Source: Halocafeteria seosinensis (taxonomy: Eukaryota). From it: a stretch of 54,833 nt of DNA. The DNA lies in assembly GCA_001687465.1 (NCBI GenBank), contig LVLI01000023.1, forward strand, positions 62,001-116,833, given 5' to 3'. This document shows positions 13,400 to 25,000 of this stretch, in pieces. Within the stretch, counting starts at the first letter, position 1, and the number at the start of each line of letters is the position of its first letter. The translations under genes were made by a program, and so were the position numbers. Under the pieces are notes generated by a model. That model searched no databases, was not told the DNA's origin, and saw only the letters and a program-made list of their open reading frames with translations.

Positions 13400-14404
13400 C
13401 TTACTGGTAAGCCTGTCTCAGCACAATGCTGTGCGTTGTTGGTTTTTAGTTCCACTTACCTGGTACAACGTTACAACTCAGCCCTCCAACGTCCGGAATC
13501 CCAATAATATTACCATTTTTGTCCTTTTATTACCAACATATTGAACACCAACTAAATAGTCTAAATTACATAATTCACACTCCTGTCAGTGAGCAACTTC
13601 AAAGTTGAGGTGGGTCTAACCGGAGTCAGACAGACTACACTCTTCTGATAGCACATGTACTGACTGTACAGTACCCGCAGGGGTTCTGAGGTTATCGTGT
13701 GTATGAGCATTGCTCCTACCGGAAGACGTGTATGCTACAGGCTACGCTATGCTGTGTGAGGGGTGAACCCTACCCGGAATCGCTCCAACATCTTCGCGTT
13801 GCGCACAACGTGACTGGCCGTTTGGCCGTCATCAGGTTATCGCGAGGGCTTTGGCCGCTGGCTCTTTCCTGGGTGGCCCGCGGGGTCTCGAAGCACTCAC
13901 TGTACAGTCGATAGAATGTGTGGAATTGTATTCCAGGTTTGATTATCGCACATTAACCAGATGTACTCACTCACAATATAATCCCACGTAACCTGCGTGG
14001 AACGTGTGTCGCTCTATGATAACCAAAAATTGTTGATTGCCGAAGAGCTGGCTCTGTGCAGGGGTGCAGGGGAGCTGGTATAACTCCGTTCCGATTGCCG
14101 ACTCGACCGGGTTCATCCCTGGTTTTAGATTCTGTTTTAAGTGTATTTCCGCGGACCGCCACATATTCCTTCTTTATTGAAATCTGTGGGGTTCACCGAT
14201 GCTTGTGTTGTGATGCGGCAGTTGAACACAGTTAGTGCCACTTAAGCTGTCGAGTTTTGCGACTGGCCGAGTCCCTTTGGTAAGTTACCGAAGGTAACAA
14301 TGCCCGTGTCTCCCATGTATGAGTCAATTGAGTCAACTTGTACCCGCAGTGTTCCTTACATAAGAACACTTTGAGCCTGCACCGGTGCTGTAATTTCAGA
14401 AAAA

Positions 14405-17400
14405 ATGCAGAATCGGCAGAACGACTCGCGAGAAAAACCTACGATGCTGCAGAACTTCAAGAAATACCGGCAACGTACTTCGCGGAGATTCGTGTTTCGA
14501 TTGTCGCTTCGTTTCCTGGTAGCTTGGATGGTATACTTGGTGATTACATTGGTTCCTTTGATTCGCGACGAAAAAATGGAGGTTCTTTTACCTTACTTGT
14601 ATACAACGAAAGCAGCACTGACCATCATGGTCTTAAGCATGGTTGCTTTGACTTCCACGAGATATTTCGAAACGACGTATTCAACATATCTGTCATTTGT
14701 TTTCGGGGGTATTATTGTAATCCATTTCTCCGAAGGAGTCATCGTCGACATTTTGGTCAGAGAGGAAAGCCTCTATAACGCGGGAGTGGATGGGGCTGCC
14801 GTTGTTATAGCTTCGAGAGTGTTGGGTCCACATCAACTCTTATTCATGCTTGTGGCATTGGCTGGAAGCCGACTACTCATACTGGATTTGAAGAAATACT
14901 TAAGACTTCTAGTTGCTGCTCCAAGTGCTTGTTTAATAATCCTTATCCTCCAAGCGGTTGCTGCTGGCGGGGCCGTTTCCTACGTTGAGTTAAGAGTTGC
15001 AGATTACCTNAGATCAGCGATCATGATCGTTACTTCACTGTTCGTTAACTACCACATTGCTGTCTTAGAGCATGACAGTCAATGGGATGCATATGTTCAA
15101 AGAAAGAGATTGCAACTGGAATGCATCCAAGCAGAAGCGTTGCTAAAATTGGCGATGCCTCGCGAAACTGCGCACGAAGAGCTGCGGGGTGCACTAGCTC
15201 CGAAGACATATACGAACGCAACTGTTGGATTTATATATATAGCTGGTTATTCTTCCCTGATGAGATCACTGGATGGTAAGGGCCCTTGTCTCACAACTGC
15301 CTTGAACAGGCAACACGGCACTTTGAACACGATGCAGAACAACGGAGACTTGATCTTGTCCAATTGCTAGATGCGCTAGTTGGTCACCTTGATCGCCTTA
15401 TTGTGGAATATCCCGAAGTATACAAGATCGAAAGTATAGGCGACTGTTACATGATCTCGTCCGGAGCACCGTTTGTAAGCTGACTGGCTCCAAAACAGTC
15501 ACGTCCATATCGTGCAGCGAGCGCACATTGTACAACTACAGGTATCCGACAAGCATGCGGAAAGAGCACTTATATTTCTCTTAGAGGCATTGGCAATGTA
15601 TGAATCAATCCGATGGGAGTGTAAAGCAGAGCCGTGGGTGGGCTTCCTGAAGCATCTTAGTCTGCGATGTGGCGTGCATTCTGGCGAAGTAACAACAGGA
15701 GTAATCGGAAAGAGCCGTCGGTTCTACAGGTAAAGCAAGGTTGCACGTGTGCGTATGTGTGTGTTTGTGTGTGTATATGCTAGGTTGTTTAATGCAGACT
15801 CTTCGGAGACACAGTGAATGTTGCTTCTCGCATCGCCTGCAAATGCGAGAGCGATGGCGTCCTCGGCAGTGACAGCGTCTACAGAGCGTTGGGATCCCCC
15901 GCTACATCTAGCAATCAGAGTGTCAAAACCAACTCCAGGCTTGGATGCTACGTGTGTTGCTCCGGGTTAAACCACTTGAAAGGAAAAGGAGAAGTGATGC
16001 TATACAACTTTCGCAATTTACCAGTTGTCCACGAAGGTCAGGGCAACACACTCGACCCCGAGAAAGGCAGCAGCCGAAGCCGCTCAACAATAACGCGTAA
16101 GTTCAGTATCTCTTTGCAGTCGCCCTCTCATGGGTAGGATTTCGACAAGAAAGGCAACCAATCTTTACTGCTTGTTTGCAAAACAGCGACTCCGGACAGC
16201 ATGAGCGAACGTCTGGCAACAATGAGTAGTGCTACAAGCTCTAGCGAAAATGCAGACACTAAACGATCGATATCCAGGACTCAGCAAATTATATCGGAAA
16301 CCTCAGATTATCTTTACTCTACTCTTGACGAATCTTTAAGACTGTATAAGAATTGGGCTGAGCCATCATTCGTTCATGAGAATTCATTTTTTGTTCGAGA
16401 GTTAGAGTTACTGATACTAGAACGGTTTGTCGCGGGTACAGCGCAAGGTTCACAACCAAGCCACTCGAGTAGTGCTCATTCACCGGATAGATGCTCTTCA
16501 CCATCTAGGCAATCAAGGTCAAATTGTTGTCGTTCTGAAGTTGAGCGGACTGATAGCAAGGAGTCAATGGGAGCTTCTCTACCTGATGTGCGCGTCAATC
16601 CAGACCATCAACAAACGAAACCGTTACACCGTTTTAGAATCATGGACCAGGCATTTGTATCTACGTCGAAATCAGGGCGCCAATGTTTATGTCTCAGTCG
16701 CATTGTTTCAGCGAGTAGATTGACCTATTTTGGTCTTCTGGCCGCCAAGTTTCGACTTGTTGAAATGGAAGCGCAGTTCAGAGCAGCGATGAATGACCTA
16801 AATGAAACCCTATTAAAGCGGCTGGCTGGATTCGGTGTTTTGTTCATGCTATACACGAGTGGAATGTATTTCAATACGATGGATGATACTTCAGCCTCGG
16901 GTGTGATTCTGTCTATCGCAATGGTTTTGCTGATATTCCTCCGGCACAATGTGCTGGAAGCGTTTACTACAGACACCTCTTCAACTCAATCAGTAGGTAA
17001 ATTTAGTTCTTGCCCGCGTTGCAATGATAGCAATGCAAGCTATAGCATGTGTGCCATAGGTGGTCGATGCACTGCTTCCCAGCTGGTTTCTGCATTACGG
17101 AATATGTTTACGTCTGCCAATCGAAATGGACCTAACTGGATCATTCTCTGGGCCGGGATGGTGATTTTGACGTTTTCAGCCATGGATCATTTAGCTTGGT
17201 CTCGCAGCCGCGGCTCCCGATCTTCTTCCGAGCTATGCTTGGAGGCGTTCGTGTTTCCCGTTGTGCTTTTGCAAGCATTTCAGGTGTTTAGACTCGGATT
17301 TCGGGGGCAGTTGCTTGTTCAAGTTGGGGGAATGGTTGTGGTGGTTCCGGAGCTCTTCGGAACCGGGGCAACGGTACCATGCAGCTCTTGGATACTTATA

Positions 17401-18219
17401 TTGGGATTTCTGTGCTTAATCACTATAGTTGTAAACGGTGTCATGGACTCTGGCGACGCTGAGTTTAGACACCGCCGCTCTGTTGTCATAAACTGTGCCT
17501 TTGAAGAATGTAAGGTTGATGCGGAGCTGATGATCAACCGTCTATTCCCGCGCTCCGTTGCGCAAAGTCTTCGCAATGGCGAATCCATACCACTAAGAAT
17601 TGTGCCCCATGATGTTGTTATACTGTGGGCCGACCTGGAAGGGTTTACCGCGTTATCGTCCGAGATTGACTCGCGCACCTCTATGCAGTTGCTCGACGAC
17701 CTTTACAGCCAGTTTGACACGTTGCTTGAAACCCAATCATTATGGAAAATGGATACCATTGGCGATGCCTACGTTGTTATAGGCGGTCTAGTCAATGAGG
17801 ACGAGGTACGACCAGCACAGCTTCTCTCGCAGCTTTTCTCGGTTGCTCAGAATATGCTCGCTTCCATTGACGACTTCAACGCAAGAAGGGGCTTTAGCAT
17901 AGGCGCGCGCATAGGAATCCATTCTGGCTCTGCTATATGCGGCATTGTTGGTACACTAAGGCCTCGATTTCATTTGTTTGGGGAAGCGGTTCTTACAGCC
18001 GAAGAGTTGGAGGCTTCCGCCAACACAAACGAAATACGGGTATCGAAGTACGCTGCTGACATTTACCGTGGCGATCAGTTTCACTTCAATGGTGATTCTG
18101 AGATGGGCCCTGATGGCAAACAAAGACTGGAGGGAATGCGTCTACTTCGGAGACGCTTTATGGAGTCAGACAGTACTGATGATTCCAAAAGCAGCCCCCG
18201 CAAACGTGCGACCTTGTAG
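14405..18219 (+). CDS. Multi-pass class III nucleotide cyclase with two catalytic domains (probable guanylyl cyclase), multi-exon
   Basis: TM block, then domain 1 (YKIESIGDCY, RCGVHSG, YR|LFGDTVNVASRI), a second TM block, then domain 2 (ILWADLEGFT, KMDTIGDAY, RIGIHSG, PRFHLFGEAV). Introns near 15275, 15475, 15730 and 16133. Confidence 0.9.
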
Positions 18220-18239
18220 GAAAGCATAGGCACTGCTAA

Positions 18240-20364
18240 GCAGGGAAGAGCTGTGCTTACGGAACTCGTCAACTGCGCCCTGAGTGGACAAATAAGGAGC
18301 GAATCTGTCCGCCGGTCTGCAAAACTGATCGCACTGGACAAACCGAACTCGAAGATCAGACCAACAGCAATAGACGAGACCCTCTTCCGACTCACATCGC
18401 GGACGGTAGCACAAGATTCGAACAGCAATTTTGTGAGCTCTTGGCACCAGTTTGCCATCGGTACAGAAGGAGGGCAGGAGGCAATCACGCAGCTATTGAC
18501 GAGCAATCAGCGACACGGGGGAGTAGCAACGATCTCGATGGCGCTATCGAACGCGTACAACACGGTGTTCCGCTCTTACTTCCTGGAGAAGGTGAAAGAA
18601 TATGTCCCAAGCCTCCTGGCATACGCGTTATGGTCATATGGGGACGGCAATGAACTGACATGGGAATACCGACTCATCCGAGCACTCCGAGGGTTCAAGC
18701 AAGGGACTCGACGATGGCACCGCTGTGGTTCGCCCTATGCCTAAAGGATCCACTCAAGAAGGCCGCGAAGGCATAGCCGGCGTGCGCCATCACGGCATAC
18801 CTAGATGACATAGTCATTCAGGGAGTGCCGGTGGAAGCACGGGCAGCATTCAACCTGCTTCAGCTAATCGGACTGAAAACCAATAGGGAGAAGACGCAGG
18901 TCCTGGTCGCAGACGACCATACACGAAGACGAATGGAGCCCTATCTACCGCAAAACATAGCACGACCATTGGACGGCACAGCTATTGTAATTCTGGGAGC
19001 CCCGGTAATGAACAATTTCAGGAAAGCTATGTACGGAAAAGAACCACACTTGATAACCCCAAATTGGCGGTATTGAAAGAAGCATGGAGCGTAGGACCAG
19101 AACTGCAGGCCACGGTGAGACTATCGACCAACTCAATCGCAAGACAACCCAACTACTGGCTTCGCATCTTCAACCCGGAGGTTAACAAAAGGCCACTGGA
19201 AGAGTTCAACCAGGATATGGCGGACAAGGTGCGCAAGCGCTGAAGTGGCAAGATGAGCTCCCCGCCCACAACGCTACACTAGCCAAGCTATCCTCGAAGG
19301 CAGGAGACTGGGGATAGTCATCCCAAACCACGCAGTAGAAGCATCGCATATCGCCGGGGCGAGCGACGAGTCAAAAAACGATCCAACAAGTGGCTGGAGA
19401 CGAGCAGGACCCGCTCGCGCAATATCGAAAGAGGCCGCCGCCATGGCTCGCGGAGAGTCAGAACGCGCTACAGGAAGCGATCGGACTCCCGGATGCGAAT
19501 TACGAAGGCTACTGGAACAAACCGAAGCTACAAAAACATCTGGGCAAGATGTTGCAGCGAGTAGCTACGCGGCCTCTGAAAGGGACGCTGAACCCACAGC
19601 AGAAGGCGTTACTGACAGCATGCCAAGCCGACGGAGCAGCAGCATGACTATACGCAGCACCAAGGATTTACACTAACCGACGTCGAATACATGGTAGCGC
19701 TGCGCCTACGCCTAGGGCTCCCCCAAACCAACTTGTTAACGCGGCCATCCGGTGAATGCTGTGGAGAAGGACCGATCGACGAGCTGCTGCACCACGCACT
19801 GGGGCGGGAACGCCACGCAAAGGAAACTGGAGAACTACATCCGCATAAGTCAAATGCCGGTGGAGAGAGAGGTGCTCGTAGACCCGCGATTCGCCAAACG
19901 AAGGAGAGGCGAGGCCACGCATACTGTACGTCGATGTGACGGTGCCAAACCCGCTCATGGGAGACAGACTAGCCAGGACAGCGGGCAGACCCCTCACCAT
20001 TGTGGCAGAAGCGGAAAAGATGAAGCGGACAAAATACGGGCACCTGAGGGACCACCACACGAAATTATCCCGTTCGCGATAGAGGTGACGGGGCAGCTTC
20101 GGGCAATACGCAATCAAGTTCCTCAAAGAGAATTGCCAGGAAAGCACCGGGCTCCCGCTGGGGAACAAGGGAGATGGGGACACACACACACACAAATGTG
20201 ACAGATAATGGGGAACTCGCAAGCTGATGACGGCCAAACTGTCAGTCACGTTAATGACGTGGAGATGTTGGACCGGTTCGGGAAGGGTTCACCCCTCACA
20301 CGGCGTAGCGTTTCCTGTAGCAGACACGTCTCCCGGTAGGAGCAATACCACACACACACACACA
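18240..20364 (+). mobile_element. 5'-truncated, frameshifted non-LTR retrotransposon with restriction-like endonuclease (CRE-like)
   Basis: RT motifs across frames: LIALDKPNSKIRPTAI, QFAIGTEGG, LSNAYNTV, GFKQG, AYLDDI, GLKTNREKT, ILGAPV. These are followed by LRLRLGLP, a degenerate zinc knuckle, and RLE motifs YVDVTV / AEKMKRTKY / PFAIEVTG. (CA)n tail at 20349-20364; several stops and frameshifts. Confidence 0.85.
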
Positions 20365-21002
20365 AATGTGACAGATAGCCCACCGGCGGCAATACCAATA
20401 CACACGCATGCGTTCCGGGGAAGATGAAAGTTTCATCATGAAACTGACAACGGAATTTTACTTGGGGATGGGTCCCCATGCATGGAACAGTGCTGAGAAC
20501 TGAACTACACTCATGCCTGGTATTTCCTTTGAAGTCAATGAATGTGTAGGAGGATACCGGAGGATGTGTTACTGCGAAAACAATGTACACAACACTGCAG
20601 CTGCACCGCACCCTACCCGATCACAATTACAGCTCCTCGCTGTAGCGTACAACAAGTAGGAGTGTGTACTGTAGTTACTCTTGTAGCGTTGTGTTGCCTT
20701 AAGTTGCCCGTAGGCCTATAATATACAGATGGCGGCGGTTGAGGATTCTTGCAGAAGTTCTGTGTGTATTCAACTTCAACTATAGTAAATGTCTGGGAAT
20801 TTGTCCGTTCAACGTTGTCACGGGCGTTCTGCCCGCTTGAACTTGGTTGAAGCAGCGGAGTTAGGTACGGTTCATGTTCTCCACGAACTTCAATCTCTCC
20901 ATCCGTAGAACACACTGCACACAGATGTAGATACACTGATTTTATATGGCTTGAGTTGACCACACATTTGTTTGTTTATTTGCTTCAGCGCCGCCGCTAA
21001 CA

Positions 21003-21948
21003 ATGAGCCAGCCAGTCCGGGTAAGCATCAAGGGGATAGATATCTTGCGATCTGAGTTCTTCATTTACGTGAATGCCATGCAGTTTATCACCAATCCCAT
21101 CTGCCCCTTTGCGCATAGGGCGTGGATTGCCTTGGAATTCCATGCGCAGAATAATGACCTCAAGTACAAGACGGAAGAGGTATCGCTCAAGGAGAAACCG
21201 CAATGGTTTACGGATTTCTACCACAAAGTAAGGCCAAACCACGTCAAGGTGGCTTGGTTACCTTGTGCATGTATGTATGTGTGGCGTCCTGCTGCAGGCA
21301 CTAGGACATGATCCCAATTCCACAGGGAAGGTACCGGTAATTGAGCACGATGGCAATGTAATCACGGAAAGCGATATTTGCGCCAACTACATTGACCACT
21401 ACGCTTCAAAGACGAGTGGAAAGTCGTTGGTGCCCTCCGACCCTTACGAGAAAGCCGTGTCTCAAGTCTTTGCTAACGATGCGTGCTCACGAAGTAAGTT
21501 GACAAGAATGTCCGATGCGATCGCTGACGGGTTAACTGTGTGTGTATGTGACTTGGGAATCACAGTGATACTACCGTTCTACAAACTTCTGAATGCGGAA
21601 ACTGACGAAGACAAGGAGCATTGGAGCAGCAAACTACACGAAGCCATTCGCTGGATTAATGATAGATTACAAGAGTATCATCCTATTCAGCAGGGTGAAG
21701 AGGATGCATTCGTCCTCGGAGAGAAGCTTTCTATCGGAGATATACTGGTCTTTCCTTGGATTCATCGGCTCCCGGTGGTGCAACACTACAGAGGCTTCGA
21801 GGTTCCTGACAGTGACGAGTATTCTCGTTTCAATAAATGGGTTAAGGCAGTTTCCAATCACCCAGCAACCAAAGCTACATTGACTCAATCCGCAGACTAT
21901 TTCATAGACCAGTATAAAGTATATGCTTCTGGCGAGCGGAAAGTGTGA
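21003..21948 (+). CDS. Glutathione S-transferase, omega-like
   Basis: Active-site CPFAHRAWIAL, KPQWF, GKVPVIE, ITESDIC, and C-terminal LSIGDILVFPWIHRL. Probable introns at 21021-21083, 21228-21297 and 21494-21565. Confidence 0.9.
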
Positions 21949-22062
21949 AAATAGTATTCAGGGATACTTGTAGGCGGTCTCGAAAATGTCGCATTCTTCT
22001 TCGTATTGAGTGCTACTATGTGTCTATTCCCATAACGCCTCCAATGACAGTACGACAGCATG

Positions 22063-25000
22063 TTAATAAGACAAACTTCCCCGTTTGGCCGTTTGTGCGC
22101 TAGCAGCCATGAGTACAGCATTGCTGTCTCCATCATCCTTAGTAGACGAGATCGTGCTCGTCAGTTGGCGCAATTTTCGTCGAAGTTCCCTGTTGGCTGC
22201 CAGAACGTCCTCAGGTATCAACACTAGAGTCTGGAACGACGAAATTAGAGACCTTCCACTGGACCCAATAGTAGGCAACGCTATAAGGAAAGCAGATCCG
22301 ACAAAGGAAAGTACACACAATACTGTTGTAATTTGTTGGTTCCGCAGAGATTTTTCTAAGGATTCGGAAGCGGCATCCACCGTCATATCGACCAGTATGC
22401 GAGCAACTTTCAAAACTAAGGGATTTAGCCGCTCGTTAAACCGTTTCAGGCTCTCTTGGAGATTCACATCATTCTGCAGCTCTTGCAACGCAGCTGCGTT
22501 ACTGACGGAAACCGTGGGAAGTCCAGCGAGTGTCTTGGATCCCTCATTCAGATACTCTCGCAAAAAATTCCGAAATCCGCTACTAAGACTTGTGCCAGCA
22601 CATTGCTCTTTTTCCTCTTTTAATAAACTGCAGGCGTTTTCTGTTATTGCGGCAAACTCGGTGCGGGATTGGGAATATCCTGACACATGGCGATCGTTCA
22701 GCACCTTTCCCCCGTGGAGGAGGGCGTCCACATGCTGCAGCGCGGTTTCCTTCGACGAAGTAAGCTGCGACCAGTATGCCTGTCTTTCTGAAAGCGAGGC
22801 ATTGCCAAGTTCGGTGTCAGGATAAGAACGCCGAAATGCCAAGTTATTCAGACCTTGCTGGTATCTAAATAGTTCGACAACCGTTTGCTCCATTTCGTAG
22901 GCGCGATCCACCTCATCTGATACCCTACTCAATATTTTCGTCGTGTTCACGTAGAAGAAGACTAGCCAAACAAGCAGTGGTACAAGGGGCAGAACAACGC
23001 GTGATGAAGCGTTCAGCATAAATTTGCTAGAGTTCTTGTAAGGGCGAGTATCCCCATCCATAGTACCCCCGGCACTGGTGCGACGATGGGCCCATTTTCC
23101 TCCAGAAGTAACGGCGGATTTGGCTTGAGAACCACCACCCATAGCCTTATCCTTCGAGATCGACACAGAAGCTTCTGTAAATTGAGGCATCTGTTCCTCA
23201 CCTCTTTTGCTTTGAGTTTGGTCTTCACCTGAAGCCAACGACAAGGACTCATCATCGGAACCATTTCCACCGTCTGCTACCTCGGATTTCGTGACTTTTT
23301 CGATATGCTCGCGAAGTGTGTTCGCACTGGAATGCGTAAGACCCTTGACTGCCCCATGAGGCACAAGTAAGAACGTTTTCAAGATATCCGTTCGCGTTCT
23401 ATGCACGACGTAGAGATAATATACGAGTGCTCCAACAATGAGAACCATTCCAATCGAACATACTGAAGCAATCAGCATGAGGAGCTGCCTGTCGAAGGAG
23501 CTTGTCATACTCTTCAAATATTCCCTTCTAGCGACGCCTGACTGATTAAGAGCATTAATATAAGTCTCAGCGTTGTCAAATGTAAGGATTGCGCTGCGTT
23601 CTGTATCTCCTGGATGAAGCTCAGTAACGTTAATATCTGAGGCCAAATGGTAAAGATGAGAAAAAACAAAGTCTCTCATTTCATCGACGGAGAGAACTTC
23701 GGCATCACGGTTCAGACGGTCCACTACGTCAAACTCGGTGTTTAACTCCATTTGTCGAGGCTCTCCTCCTACAGAGGCCGCTAGCCTTCTCGAAGTTTCG
23801 GAACGCTCTGAAAAAACTGTAACACTCTCCGTAAATGATTCCCAAAGATTCTCTCCACTGCCAACACTGGCATCAAATTTAGAATTCGATATATGTGCCT
23901 GGAACAAGTGTGTTTCGCTCACGGAGAAATGCAATATTTCTGAGTTGGCTGATTCTATAGAGTCTGCTTGATCCAAAAACAGTTCATATCTGTCGTCCAT
24001 TACTACAGGTAAAACAATAGCCAACAAAATGAACAATATCATGACTGCAAAAAGAATACCACGAAGCTTTCGGATTACCGGCTTTAGCCCCGTGGTATTG
24101 TTGCCCACCACATTCTGCAGTAATCGTGTTACTGACGAAGTAGTACCAACGCTGCTGACCGGTTTGCTACCGCCTCCACCGGCACCAGGCTGACTGCTAC
24201 CAGCTGCGGATTGGTTGTCAAAATCTGTATTTCCTCGCGAACGTGTATGTTGTTCTAAACTGGCCTCAGTGCTTGCCCGTGTTCTAGTTCCAATGTTTTC
24301 TTCTGTTAAGTCTGGACCATCCTGTGATTCATCGGGATCTGAATTGTTAAGTGTGGTTTGAGGGAACATGCAGTCAGTCTGAGCTTCGGAATAGTCTGTC
24401 GAAGTGGAGTGAGTCGCTACAAAAGAGGTCAAAGGAAATTGGCGCTTGGTTTCGAAACTGGCGCTTTCTTTGGACTCAAATTCTGTCTCACCATTTGTGG
24501 GACTAAATGGATGAGAAACAGATTCAAACGGTCCTGGAGACGCACCCCCTTGCGCATAGGGACAAGTTTGAGACGAAACGATGAACTTTTGATCTCCTTC
24601 GTGTTTGCTCTTGTTACGCTTTTGCCTCCGCTTCCTGGAAGCAGGAATCTTCCACGCCAACAAGAACACAGCTCCGTAATCAGTAACAGAGATTGTTTGA
24701 ATACGTGCTTCTACTTTTTCAACTTCAGTATCAGCCACGTTATCGAAATGAATTTTTGTGTACTCGGAGTTTTGTTCCAACGACTGCAAAAACAGCTCTC
24801 CTCCAAGAGTAGCCTCATCATCCAGTGAGCCATGTGCTTCTTCTTCGTCTGTAAGATGCCTGCGTGAAATATTTTTGCGAGAACGATGGTGAGATCTTAT
24901 GTGCACCCTCGCTCCCTCCCCTTTAGCCGAAAAGTCTGACGAGCTTACACTATCATCATCATTTGCAGCTTTAAGTTCTTGCAGGTACTCCGCTGCGGAC

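Noticed and set aside
13660..13910. Possible MITE bounded by GACTGTACAGT / ACTGTACAGTC
   Set aside because: The match is mostly a self-palindromic 10-mer, and there is no convincing TSD.
22085..24828. Long plus-strand ORFs (246 aa, 156 aa)
   Set aside because: Antisense shadows of the PAS paralog A exon.
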